Shown: positions 48,414 to 57,891 of the stretch, piece after piece
Layout: every line of letters begins with the position of its first letter
Position numbering within the stretch: position 1 is the stretch's first letter
Position numbers and translations under genes: made by a program
Notes under the pieces: generated by a model
Told to the model about the DNA's origin: nothing
Seen by the model: the letters and a program-made list of their open reading frames with translations, nothing else
Databases searched by the model: none
NCBI GenBank assembly: GCA_963662315.1
Contig: OY759353.1
Coordinates: 1,216,001-1,280,000, forward strand
Source of the DNA: Geopsychrobacteraceae bacterium
Lineage (GTDB): Bacteria > Desulfobacterota > Desulfuromonadia > Desulfuromonadales > Geopsychrobacteraceae
DNA length: 64,000 nucleotides
Direction: 5' to 3'

Positions 48414-50158
48414 CTATGTTTCTCCACCTGAAGCAGCTTGTCAGCAACGCCACTGGCATCGGCATTAAGCTTGAGGACTTTCTGATACGCCTTTGCTGCA
48501 TTATCCCATAGTTGCATAGCCATGTATAAATCACCAAGATGCTCAGTTATGACCGGATCATCGGGATAGAGACGTCCAGCTTCTTCCAATTGCTCACGGC
48601 TTTCTTCATAACGCCCGAGCTTAAAATAAATCCAGCCCAGAGTATCGATAATATAGCCGCTATTTTTAACAGCAAGAGCATGCTTGGCTCGAACCAGAGC
48701 CAGTTCAAGATCCCGTTCCTCCTCCGCCTGCTGGTAAGCAAGAAAGTTTAGCGCATCAGCATGATCCTGATTTAAAATAAGGAGTTGTTCCATGACCTGA
48801 ACGGCCTCCGCCCTGAGCCCCTGTTTTTCGTAAAGCACTCCCAGTTGATACAATAACCGTTCATCTTTGGGATATTTACTGACCGCCTCACGGGCGTAGT
48901 TTACGGCCTCAGATAGACTCCCGCTATCACCCAGTAATGCAACCAGATAATAATAAGTAGCTTCTTCATAGGTCCCGGACTTCAAACTATCCATCAAGAT
49001 ATTCATGGCGCTCGCGGTATCGCCTTGATCATTATAAAGATATGCCAGCTGCAACATGGCTTGATTGAATACCTCAGACTGGGCCGAAACCTGCTTCAAT
49101 GTTTTTATCGCCTCGTCGTTATGCCCCTGCCCAGCCAGGGCCAGGGCCAGATAATAGCGGTTCCGGTCAGGCTGAACATTCCTGTTCAGTAAGGACTGAA
49201 ATTCCTTTTCAGCGGAAGTCCAGTTATGAAGCTCCAGCTGCAATAGGCCAATCTGGGCAACAACCTGAGTATCATCCGGGCGTTCCCAGCGAATTTCCTG
49301 CAATTGGGCCAAAGCCGGTTCAAATTGCTGTTTGCTCAGATAATACGCGACCATCTGTTGGCGGATGTAGCTGGCACGCGGGTTTTCGGCAAGAAAGGTC
49401 TGATAGAAATTCAGAGCGCCCTCTGAATCTTCAGCCTCCAGGATTTTTCCATATTCCAGAGCAGCCTGAATATTACTTGGATTGCGTTGAAGAACATTAC
49501 GAATCTCTTTAAGAGCAAGCTTTTTCTGTCCTGAGTCCGCATAAATTCTGGCCAAAGCTAAACGGGCAACATCGAAATCAGGATTTTTTCCCAGCACCTC
49601 GCCAAGCAGCGAGGCCGCCTGATCATGTTGTTTCAGGCGCTCCAAAACCATGGCCAACCGGAATTTGATGTCGTTGCTCTCTGATCCGGCCATAAGTGCC
49701 CTTTGGTAATAATGGCGCGCAGCGTCCAGATCATTTTCCAGGTTGGCGATATCCCCCCGCAACTCAAGCCCCTCAACATTTTCGGGGGATTCTGCAATAA
49801 GTTTATCAAGGACTGCAAGAGCGTCCCCTGTCTTCTTTTCATGGAGATAGGATTTGGCCAGTAACAAGGGCAGATAAGTGGAATGAGGATCAAAGGTCAA
49901 GGCCCTTTCCAATGCAGCCACAGCGTCAGTCCAACGTTCTTCTGCAGCATAAAGGCGAAATTGACCGTAAGCAAATAACGCTTTTGCCTGCGGATCAGAA
50001 AGGTCTGACTGGTAATCTGAAGTCAGTGAAGCGTCCTGATAATCCACTTCTCGAGACGGGTGAACACAACCGGGCAGCGCCATGAGCAGAGTTAAAAACA
50101 AACAGATCAGCAGGCGCTGCGAGATGGACAAGTGAGATTTATAGATTGCGGTAGACAT
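48410..50158 (-). CDS. Tetratricopeptide-repeat lipoprotein
   Basis: Lipobox LPGC; many TPRs; C-terminal ALNFLAY..DTLGWIYFKLG..HLGD. Confidence 0.9.
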   Translation of the reverse strand: MSTAIYKSHLSISQRLLICLFLTLLMALPGCVHPSREVDYQDASLTSDYQSDLSDPQAKALFAYGQFRLYAAEERWTDAVAALERALTFDPHSTYLPLLLAKSYLHEKKTGDALAVLDKLIAESPENVEGLELRGDIANLENDLDAARHYYQRALMAGSESNDIKFRLAMVLERLKQHDQAASLLGEVLGKNPDFDVARLALARIYADSGQKKLALKEIRNVLQRNPSNIQAALEYGKILEAEDSEGALNFYQTFLAENPRASYIRQQMVAYYLSKQQFEPALAQLQEIRWERPDDTQVVAQIGLLQLELHNWTSAEKEFQSLLNRNVQPDRNRYYLALALAGQGHNDEAIKTLKQVSAQSEVFNQAMLQLAYLYNDQGDTASAMNILMDSLKSGTYEEATYYYLVALLGDSGSLSEAVNYAREAVSKYPKDERLLYQLGVLYEKQGLRAEAVQVMEQLLILNQDHADALNFLAYQQAEEERDLELALVRAKHALAVKNSGYIIDTLGWIYFKLGRYEESREQLEEAGRLYPDDPVITEHLGDLYMAMQLWDNAAKAYQKVLKLNADASGVADKLLQVEKHR

Positions 50159-50536
50159 TGGCGAAAAGACCTTGGATAAAGATAAAGTAACCGATAAGTA
50201 GCATAATCATTTCACAAGCGTCAAACTCTCGTCCTGAAACAAACACAGATTTGAACCGTATAGTTGATTTACAAGTATCTGTGTATTACGAAATCCAACA
50301 ATTATGATTGAATTTTACCGCAGTGGATATTAACCTGTCCATCTGTGAGTTGGCTACAGATCAATACTGAGAATTCGGCATTGTCTATACAACTCAGTAC
50401 CAGGTCAGGCTGATAGAATAAAAACGCTGTCAGTCCTCAATATTATGTAAAACCCGATACGACATTCCACCTCCTATTTAAATATCTGGAGGTTGCGAAT
50501 TAACATACGATTCCGGTGTTGACAGAGGTTAGCGGA

Positions 50537-50791
50537 ATGCATGACCCACATGAAAACCCGATCAAGGAAGCTTGGGTGCTTTGCGTAATCCTTGGCCTCA
50601 TCATGATCAATTTCCCTTTTATCCATATTTTTAATAACAGTCGCCCCGTATTTGGCATTCCCGGCCTGGTGCTTTACTTTTTTATCGGCTGGCCGGTATC
50701 CATTGTGGTTATTTGGCTGTTTGTTCATCAAATGGGCAAAAAAACCAGTTTCCAGGAAGATGACGCTGATGACGATGGAGACGAGCGATGA
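50537..50791 (+). CDS. Small 2-TM membrane protein coupled to the SLC5 sensor (CbrX/CrbX-like)
   Basis: Two hydrophobic segments (NFPF, FGIP..LY.F..W), acidic tail; TGA overlaps the next ATG (ATGA 50788-50791). Confidence 0.8.
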   Translation: MHDPHENPIKEAWVLCVILGLIMINFPFIHIFNNSRPVFGIPGLVLYFFIGWPVSIVVIWLFVHQMGKKTSFQEDDADDDGDER

Positions 50792-53700
50792 CCGCTGCCA
50801 CATCCCAAGCAGCTCTGGTTCCGGCATCGACCGTCCTGCTCGTCTCGGTGGCATATTTTGTCATCCTGTTTCTGGTTGCCTACTATGCTGACAAAAGAAG
50901 ACAAGCAGGCCGCAGCCTGCTGAAGCATTCCCATATTTATTCCCTTTCGATTGCCGTTTACTGTACCAGCTGGACCTACTACGGCAGTGTCGGTCGTGCC
51001 GCAACAGGTGGCCTCGAATTCCTGCCGATCTACCTGGGACCGACATTAGTTGCTTTTACCTGGTGGTTTTTACTGCGTAAAATGATTTATGTCAGTAACA
51101 AGCAGAATATCACCAGCATTGCCGACTTCATCTCCAGTCGCTACGACCGATCAGCTTTGCTGGGAGCAATCGTCACCGTTTTCACTGTGCTCGGCATAAC
51201 ACCCTATATTGCTTTGCAATTAAAGGCGATTGCCAAAACCCTGGCGTTACTTTCGCAACCACTGACGACCACCTATCCGGTCATAACCAACTACACGCAA
51301 ATTTTACCTCACACCTTTGACACAGCCTTTTTCGTCACCCTCATGCTGGCCTTGTTCGCTATCCTGTTTGGAGCTCGTCACCTCGATTCTTCGGAGCGGC
51401 ATGAAGGTTTGGTCGTTGCCGTTGCGTTTGAATCCCTGGTGAAGCTCATTGCCTTTCTTGCAGTTGGGATCTTTGTCACCTATGGCCTGTTTGACGGGTT
51501 TGGTGATATTTTTCAGCAGTTTTTTAACCAGTTTCCAGAGCGCAAAGATCTCTTCAGCCTTGGAACCGAGCAGACCCCCTATACAAAATGGTTCACCCTG
51601 ATTGTCCTTTCCATGATGGCCATCATGTTTCTGCCCCGTCAGTTTCATATCATGGTCACTGAAAACGCCAACCCTCAACATATTAAGCAAGCCATGTGGC
51701 GTTTTCCGGCATACATGTTTCTGATCAATATTTTCGTTCTGCCAATTGCTCTCGGCGGACTGATCGTGAACGGTGGCGACACGTCTCAGGCAGACTATTT
51801 TGTCTTGACACTTCCTCTGTCCAGCGGCCAGCCCCTGCTTGCCCTGCTGGTCTTTATCGGCGGACTCTCCGCTTCGGCCGGCATGGTCATGGTCAGCGCC
51901 GTCGCAATCGCCACCATGATCCTCAATCACCTCTTCATGCCGGTAATTCTTAAAATCAATTTGCAAGTGCAGGACCTTTCAGGGATCCTGATCAACCTGA
52001 AACGCGTGCTTATCTTTGGCGTTGTTTTTCTGGGGTATTTTTATTTCAGGGTTATCGGCGATTCCTATGCGCTGGTGAATATCGGTCTTATCTCATTTAT
52101 GGCTGCCACCCAGTTCGCGCCGGCGATTATTGGTGGACTATACTGGCAAAGGGCCAACTGCAAGGCCGCTATCGGAGGCATAACCTCTGGAGCACTGGTC
52201 TGGTTTTACACCCTTCTCGTCCCTTCTTTCGTAAGATCCGGCTGGATTGATTCCGATATTCTACAGCTCGGCCCCTTCGGCCTGACGTTACTTAAACCAC
52301 TGGAACTATTTGGACTGAATGGTTTCGATATCTACACGCACTCCCTGTTCTGGAGTATGCTGATTAACCTTGGTACTTACCTTACCCTGTCATTTTTTAT
52401 CAAACCCTCCAAAACAGAAGCTCTACAGGCCCATCATTTCGTAGATACATCTACTGAATTATTATCCCTGCCCGGAGCCCTGAAACGGATCAGCAAAGCA
52501 CCGACAGTGATTGAATTTGTCGAGTTGATGTCAAAGTTTATTGGCGAGAAGCCCGCTCAATCGGCTATCAGTGATTTTTTGTCATCGCAGGAAATCGATT
52601 CACGCGGAGCCCTGCCCGACCACGAAATCCCCCACCTCAAGAGCTTTACCGAACGCACACTGGCAGGCTATGTCGGTGCGGCCCCGGCGCGTATTATCAT
52701 CGAAAACTACCTGTCGGCCCGAGGGAGTGAAATGGAAGACGTGTTCGATATTTTTGGCACTGTCACCATCAGCCATGCCGCCAGTCGTGAACAATTGAGC
52801 GTTTTGTATGATGCCGCCCAGATCGTTTCAAGCGGCGAGTCGCTACAAACAACCCTGGATAATATCCTCGAACTTCTTGCCGTACAATTTCGCTTTGATC
52901 TGTGTGTCATCCGCGTTCATGACCCTGAAACCGACAGCCTCTTCGTAAAAAGCCTGGTAGGTCAATCATCAGATCATTTCGGTGAATCTGAGCGTAACCT
53001 GAATGTAGAAACCTACATCGGCCAGTCGTTCGTATCCAACGCAACAATCGTCATCAACGATACTGAATACCTTGACAAACCGATATCCGCAAGAATTCTC
53101 AAACGTGAGCACATTACCTGCCTAGCCCATACGCCGATCACACTCGAAGGTGAACCCATTGGCGTGATGTCTGCTTTTTCCCGGACCGCCAAAGGGATAT
53201 TTACTCAGGAGTTTATTGCCCTGTTTGAAAACCTGGCTCGTCAGGTTGCCATTGCCTGGCGTAATGATCAGCAGCTACAGGAAGTCCTTAGAGTTAGGGA
53301 ACAGGAACGGGAAATGCAAATCGCAAAAGATATTCAGAATGGTCTGCTCCCGACCGATTTCCATAATCTGAAGGATATTGCGATTGCCGGGCTGTGCGTT
53401 CCTGCCCATCAGGTTGGAGGCGATTACTACGATTTCATCAAGCGTCCCCACAACATCTATGATCTGGTTATCGCCGATGTATCAGGCCACAATATCGGCT
53501 CAGCCCTGATCATGGCAGAAACCAGAACGTTTATTCACGCAAAGCTCAACGATATTGAACAGCCTGCTGATATGCTGGTCGCACTTAACGATTATTTTTT
53601 AAAAGATCTGGACCGATCAGAACTGTTCGTCACCATGTTCTATCTGCAATATCATCCGAAATTGCGCACCCTGACATTCAGCAACGCTGGGCACAATGCC

Positions 53701-54033
53701 CCCTTGCTCTGGCGCCAAAGCAGCCAGAGCATTGAATCCATTGATGCCGAAGGATTGATCTTTGGTATTAAAAAAGATGTGATATTCGAGCAAAAGGTAA
53801 CCAATCTCGAGATCGGCGATCTCCTCTTCCTTTATACGGACGGGATTATTGAAGCCGAAAACCACCAACATGAATTTTTTGGCCTGAACCGCCTGAAAAG
53901 CATCTTGCAGGAATCCATCAACATGCCGCCTCAGGAACTGATTGATCATATTATGAACCAGGTCAGAATTTTTACCGGTGTCCGTCATTTTAATGATGAC
54001 ATCACCATGGTTGTCATGAAAATTATTAACTAA
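50788..54033 (+). CDS. Sodium:solute symporter (SLC5)-STAC-GAF-PP2C (SpoIIE/RsbU) sensor phosphatase
   Basis: CrbS/CbrA-like SLC5 part (YSLSIAVYCTSWTYYGSVG, PYIALQLKA, AFES.VKL, LPRQFH), STAC (ERTLAGYVGAAPARII), GAF, PP2C motifs (VGGDYYD, IADVSGH, YTDGIIEA, DDIT). Confidence 0.92.
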   Translation: MTAATSQAALVPASTVLLVSVAYFVILFLVAYYADKRRQAGRSLLKHSHIYSLSIAVYCTSWTYYGSVGRAATGGLEFLPIYLGPTLVAFTWWFLLRKMIYVSNKQNITSIADFISSRYDRSALLGAIVTVFTVLGITPYIALQLKAIAKTLALLSQPLTTTYPVITNYTQILPHTFDTAFFVTLMLALFAILFGARHLDSSERHEGLVVAVAFESLVKLIAFLAVGIFVTYGLFDGFGDIFQQFFNQFPERKDLFSLGTEQTPYTKWFTLIVLSMMAIMFLPRQFHIMVTENANPQHIKQAMWRFPAYMFLINIFVLPIALGGLIVNGGDTSQADYFVLTLPLSSGQPLLALLVFIGGLSASAGMVMVSAVAIATMILNHLFMPVILKINLQVQDLSGILINLKRVLIFGVVFLGYFYFRVIGDSYALVNIGLISFMAATQFAPAIIGGLYWQRANCKAAIGGITSGALVWFYTLLVPSFVRSGWIDSDILQLGPFGLTLLKPLELFGLNGFDIYTHSLFWSMLINLGTYLTLSFFIKPSKTEALQAHHFVDTSTELLSLPGALKRISKAPTVIEFVELMSKFIGEKPAQSAISDFLSSQEIDSRGALPDHEIPHLKSFTERTLAGYVGAAPARIIIENYLSARGSEMEDVFDIFGTVTISHAASREQLSVLYDAAQIVSSGESLQTTLDNILELLAVQFRFDLCVIRVHDPETDSLFVKSLVGQSSDHFGESERNLNVETYIGQSFVSNATIVINDTEYLDKPISARILKREHITCLAHTPITLEGEPIGVMSAFSRTAKGIFTQEFIALFENLARQVAIAWRNDQQLQEVLRVREQEREMQIAKDIQNGLLPTDFHNLKDIAIAGLCVPAHQVGGDYYDFIKRPHNIYDLVIADVSGHNIGSALIMAETRTFIHAKLNDIEQPADMLVALNDYFLKDLDRSELFVTMFYLQYHPKLRTLTFSNAGHNAPLLWRQSSQSIESIDAEGLIFGIKKDVIFEQKVTNLEIGDLLFLYTDGIIEAENHQHEFFGLNRLKSILQESINMPPQELIDHIMNQVRIFTGVRHFNDDITMVVMKIIN

Positions 54034-54128
54034 AGAACAAAGAACATTATATATTCTATATCTCTCAAAGTAGTGTATACTTCAAAAACTTTAAACCAGC
54101 ATACAGGGTCCGAATGAAGGGAGTAACC

Positions 54129-54470
54129 ATGCAACTGAACATAACTGAACAGGGCAACCTCGTCAGAATCAACATCGAGGAAGAAAGAATGGATGCCCAT
54201 AACAGTGGCGAACTGAAAGAACAAATGCTGCAACTGTTTGATGAAGGAAAAGCCAACCTGATTATTGATCTAAGCGCTGTCCGCTTTATTGACTCTTCAG
54301 GTCTTGGAGCTCTTGTCTCCGGATTCAAGAACGCCAGCGCCAGAGAAGGCAGTCTTAAATTGTGCTGCTTACAACCTCAGGTACGTTCAATGTTCGAATT
54401 AACACGCCTGCATCGTGTTTTTGAAATTTTCAATTCAGCAGAGGAAGCACAGGAAAGTTTTACTGCCTAA
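54129..54470 (+). CDS. STAS-domain anti-sigma-factor antagonist (RsbV/SpoIIAA-like)
   Basis: IDLSAVRFIDSSGLGALV with the phospho-acceptor Ser; FELTRL..VF; start ATG 54129. Confidence 0.95.
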   Translation: MQLNITEQGNLVRINIEEERMDAHNSGELKEQMLQLFDEGKANLIIDLSAVRFIDSSGLGALVSGFKNASAREGSLKLCCLQPQVRSMFELTRLHRVFEIFNSAEEAQESFTA

Positions 54471-54489
54471 CATAAAAAAATAAGGGACT

Positions 54490-54909
54490 ATGGATAAACG
54501 GATCGAAGTAGATATCACAATTCCCAATGATACCAAACACCTGGGAATGGTTGGACGGATTGCGGAAGGACTTGCGTACTCTTTACGAGGGTATGAAGGG
54601 AATAAACGCGATCTGGCTTATCATCTGAATTTGGTACTTACTGAAGCAGTGGCAAATGCCATCTTCCACGGGAATAATTCCGATCCGGACGAATCCGTCA
54701 AAATCAACATGTCAGCCTCTGATCATGACCTGATTATCCGTGTTTATGATCAGGGGCTGGGTTTTGATAAAAAACTGCTCACTGAAGCAGCGGTTGATGA
54801 TTTTTCAGAAGGGGGCAGAGGTCTGCAACTGATCATCAAATTGATGGACCACGTAGAGCACAGCCGAGAAAATGACACCAATGTCCTGACAATGGTAAAA
54901 ACATTCTGA
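54490..54909 (+). CDS. Anti-sigma factor/Ser kinase (RsbW-like HATPase)
   Basis: N-box EAVANAIFHGN, G1 DQGLGFD, G2 GGRGL..I..LMD. Confidence 0.93.
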   Translation: MDKRIEVDITIPNDTKHLGMVGRIAEGLAYSLRGYEGNKRDLAYHLNLVLTEAVANAIFHGNNSDPDESVKINMSASDHDLIIRVYDQGLGFDKKLLTEAAVDDFSEGGRGLQLIIKLMDHVEHSRENDTNVLTMVKTF

Positions 54910-54922
54910 TCTGGGCCCTACC

Positions 54923-55543
54923 TCACGGCTTAAACAATTGCAGCAGCTCCAGGTGACTACTGATACTTTTGTCTGACCCCGCTCCAGATCCATAGCCCAG
55001 AAAATTCATACCAGCGCTTTCCGCTGCCATCCGATCCAACTCAGAATCTCCGACAAAAACACAATGAACAGGCTTTGACTTCAATCTTTCAGCCGCAAGT
55101 AGCAACATATCAGGAGCAGGTTTTGGCTTTTCAACATCGTGGCAGTTCACAACTACAGTGAAATATCGCGACAGGGAAAAATGATCGAGGATCTGACTGA
55201 TACTGCTACCCCTGTTGGTTGCAATACCCACGGGATAGTGCTGCGCCAATGAATCTAAGACATCAGCGAGATGAGGTTCAGGGTGCATCTCAGGAATGAA
55301 CTGCTGATAATCAAGACTCGCTGCATATTTCAAGGCAGATGGCAATACGGCAGGATCTAGAAGCCCCTTCAGGACAACCGGAGTGCTGGCGGTGTGACAC
55401 AAATGGGCACGCCTCTTCTGATCCAGAGTGACAGGAGGGTGTCCATATTCAGTCAGCACTTTATTGTAAAAAGCCAGATTAGCCATCCGACTTTCAAACA
55501 TGACGCCATCGCAGTCAAAAATAATGGCATTAATTGCATCCAT
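54923..55543 (-). CDS. HAD-family hydrolase (phosphoglycolate phosphatase-like)
   Basis: FDCDGV, ATNR, KPKPAPD, FVGDS..D; start ATG 55543. Confidence 0.9.
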   Translation of the reverse strand: MDAINAIIFDCDGVMFESRMANLAFYNKVLTEYGHPPVTLDQKRRAHLCHTASTPVVLKGLLDPAVLPSALKYAASLDYQQFIPEMHPEPHLADVLDSLAQHYPVGIATNRGSSISQILDHFSLSRYFTVVVNCHDVEKPKPAPDMLLLAAERLKSKPVHCVFVGDSELDRMAAESAGMNFLGYGSGAGSDKSISSHLELLQLFKP

Positions 55544-56318
55544 TAACGTTCCTTTTAGCAATGAGAATCAAGGCAACAAGACCAATGACAATCATTGGAA
55601 TAGAAAGCAGTTGCCCCATGGTTGCCCCTCCCCAAAGAAACCCAAGCTGGGCATCAGGCTGACGGAAATACTCCACACTGAAGCGGAAAATTCCATAGCC
55701 GACAAGAAAAGAGAAAGCCGGTATGCCACGTTTGACATTCAGTCGATGCAGCAGATAAATAATAAGAAACAGAACGAGTCCTTCCAAAAGGGCTTCGTAT
55801 AATTGGCTCGGATGACGTGGCAAAGGTCCGGCCCCAGGGAATACCATTCCCAAAGGAGAGTCAGTGACGCGTCCCCAAAGCTCACCGTTAATAAAGTTAC
55901 CAATACGCCCAAGACCAAGACCGACAGGCACTGCAGCAACAACAATGTCAGCAATCAGCAAAAATGGAAGTTTTTTCCGCCAGCAGAAGATAATCAGGGC
56001 AACAACAACCCCGATTGTCCCACCGTGAAAACTCATACCACCTTCCCAAACAGCAAAAATTTCAAGTGGATGATGCACATAATATTGAAAATTATAGATA
56101 AGCGTATAACCAAGACGGCCACCAAGAACGACCCCCAGGACACCATAAAAAAGCAAATCAGACAGGGTTTCTTCATTAACAGGAAATTGTCGTTTTTTGC
56201 AAATATGATTCATAACCAAATAGCCTCCTATAAAACCTAGAAGGTACATCATACCGTACCAGCGGACAGCTAATGGGCCGATCTGGATAATAATCGGATC
56301 AATATGAGGATAGTTCAT
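55530..56318 (-). CDS. lgt: Prolipoprotein diacylglyceryl transferase
   Basis: RWYG, GGRLGY, GGMSFHGG, GRIGNFINGELWGR, HPSQLYE. Confidence 0.98.
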   Translation of the reverse strand: MNYPHIDPIIIQIGPLAVRWYGMMYLLGFIGGYLVMNHICKKRQFPVNEETLSDLLFYGVLGVVLGGRLGYTLIYNFQYYVHHPLEIFAVWEGGMSFHGGTIGVVVALIIFCWRKKLPFLLIADIVVAAVPVGLGLGRIGNFINGELWGRVTDSPLGMVFPGAGPLPRHPSQLYEALLEGLVLFLIIYLLHRLNVKRGIPAFSFLVGYGIFRFSVEYFRQPDAQLGFLWGGATMGQLLSIPMIVIGLVALILIAKRNVNGCN

Positions 56319-57247
56319 GATTGCAACCCTTGTAAATAAGTAAGAGCTTGTTCCATATCAGCAGGAACAGGAGCTTCAAAAAAAAGGGGTTCCCGGGTAA
56401 CAGGGTGAGCAAATTTTAGCTGAAAAGCATGAAGCAACGGCCGCTCAAAAGTCAAACTGCCAATAGAAGACAAGCCATCATACAGTGTATCACCAAGCAA
56501 AGGATGACCATTTTCAGACATATGAACCCTGATCTGGTGAGAACGCCCAGTTAAAATAGTCACTTCAAGTAAGCAGTAGTGATCAAACTTTTCGATGACA
56601 CGAAATTGGGTTATCGCTTCTTTCCCCCCTTTGACCACTGAACGAACGCGATTATCATGCCGTGAACGGGCCAGTAAAGATCTTATTTCTCCACCGTCTG
56701 TTTTAGGGACACCGGAAACCAAAGCCAGATATTTCTTTTCAATAGCGTGGCCAACAAAAGTCTGGGTCATCGCTTTGTGGGCTTTGGAGTGTAGCGAAAA
56801 GGTAATCAGCCCTGAAGTTCCTCGATCAAGGCGCTGGACCATGCCGATATCGCATTTTTGATGTCTGTTAAAAGGGGTTTCTAAATGCCAGCGTAAAGCT
56901 TCATAGAGCGTTCCTTTAAATCGTGCATGGGTTGGCTGAGTATCAACTTGAGCTGGCTTATTCAGCACAATAAGATACTTATCCTGATATAAAATATGCT
57001 CATCAGCTATTCGAAACGGATCCAACGGCTGATTATCCAGATATACTTCAACCAGATCCCCGCCTTGGAGGCTGGCAGAACAACTCCGCGTTCTGCGCCC
57101 ATTGATATGAACCCCACCAAGGTCGATCACCTTCTTTGCCCTGGATCGTGACAATTCCTCAAATTGACTGGCAAGGACCACGTCCAGGCGTTCACCGACC
57201 TGCTGTTCAGATGCTTTAAATCTGAGAGTAACCCACTTTTTGTTCAT
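56315..57247 (-). CDS. RluA/RluD-family pseudouridine synthase
   Basis: N-terminal S4 domain (RLD..SRS), NKP, RLDRGTSG catalytic Asp, TGRSHQIRVH, LHA. Confidence 0.93.
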   Translation of the reverse strand: MNKKWVTLRFKASEQQVGERLDVVLASQFEELSRSRAKKVIDLGGVHINGRRTRSCSASLQGGDLVEVYLDNQPLDPFRIADEHILYQDKYLIVLNKPAQVDTQPTHARFKGTLYEALRWHLETPFNRHQKCDIGMVQRLDRGTSGLITFSLHSKAHKAMTQTFVGHAIEKKYLALVSGVPKTDGGEIRSLLARSRHDNRVRSVVKGGKEAITQFRVIEKFDHYCLLEVTILTGRSHQIRVHMSENGHPLLGDTLYDGLSSIGSLTFERPLLHAFQLKFAHPVTREPLFFEAPVPADMEQALTYLQGLQS

Positions 57248-57300
57248 TTCTCACCCATTTTATTCATTGACCTGAAGCACAGATGTCGTTTCGGTTTTTC

Positions 57301-57328
57301 TTGACAAAAATCATGTTCTTGTTACTAT
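57301..57328 (+). promoter_or_regulatory. Sigma70-type promoter of the ncRNA
   Basis: TTGACA (57301-57306), 16-bp spacer ending TGt, TACTAT (57323-57328). Confidence 0.65.
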
Positions 57329-57348
57329 GAATCAACATTTGAATCCAG

Positions 57349-57522
57349 TTTTCTGGGATGCATGGAACAACTCTGGTCCCTTGACCAACATTGCTTAAAG
57401 GCCTGCCGTTACGTGAAGAGATGGTGTGCCAGCCCACCAATGAGTGGGACGCCTAAAATCGCTTCCGTGCACAAAGATTATTCTCAGGTCATTTGTACGG
57501 AGTTGCCCGGCATCCCGGAGAG
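57349..57522 (+). ncRNA. 6S RNA-like structured RNA
   Basis: About 175 nt with own promoter and terminator; closing helices tctgggatgc/gcatcccgga, caactctg/cggagttg, tgacc/ggtca; central unpaired region; apical hairpin cccac-caatga-gtggg. Confidence 0.65.
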
Positions 57523-57527
57523 TTATC

Positions 57528-57559
57528 AAAAAAGGCCCTGAAATATTCAGGGCCTTTTT
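57528..57559. terminator. Bidirectional intrinsic terminator
   Basis: aaaaaa-ggccctgaa-ata-ttcagggcc-ttttt between the ncRNA and convergent ihfB. Confidence 0.85.
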
Positions 57560-57575
57560 ATATTCGATAGAACTT

Positions 57576-57854
57576 CTACTCGTCAACTCTTTCTCTGAGT
57601 TCTTTACCGGTCTTGAAAAACGGTGTTTTCCGAGACGGAATTTTTACCAACTGACCACTCTTTGGATTACGTGCCTCACGAGCTTCACGCTCACGAACAG
57701 AAAAAGAACCAAACCCACGTATTTCAACGCGATCTCCTCCGGCGAGAGCATCACCGATACCATCAAAGATCAGATTAATAACAGTTTCAGCATCTTTCTT
57801 ATTCAAAAGATCGTGATCATCAGAAAGACGTTCAATCAATTCACTTTTCGTCAT
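57576..57854 (-). CDS. ihfB: Integration host factor beta subunit
   Basis: MTKSELIE, RVEIRGFGSF, ARNPKSG, FKTGKELRERV; downstream of rpsA-sppA. Confidence 0.93.
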   Translation of the reverse strand: MTKSELIERLSDDHDLLNKKDAETVINLIFDGIGDALAGGDRVEIRGFGSFSVREREAREARNPKSGQLVKIPSRKTPFFKTGKELRERVDE

Positions 57855-57891
57855 TTTTACCTTCCCTGCTTCGAAAAATTTATTTTTAGCA

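Noticed and set aside
50159..50536. Riboswitch, sRNA or sigma54 promoter in the divergent TPR/SLC5 spacer
   Set aside because: No convincing conserved motif, GG-N10-GC element or stable structure seen by eye
51304..51966. 220-aa minus-strand ORF
   Set aside because: Antisense to the SLC5 domain, with no recognisable motifs
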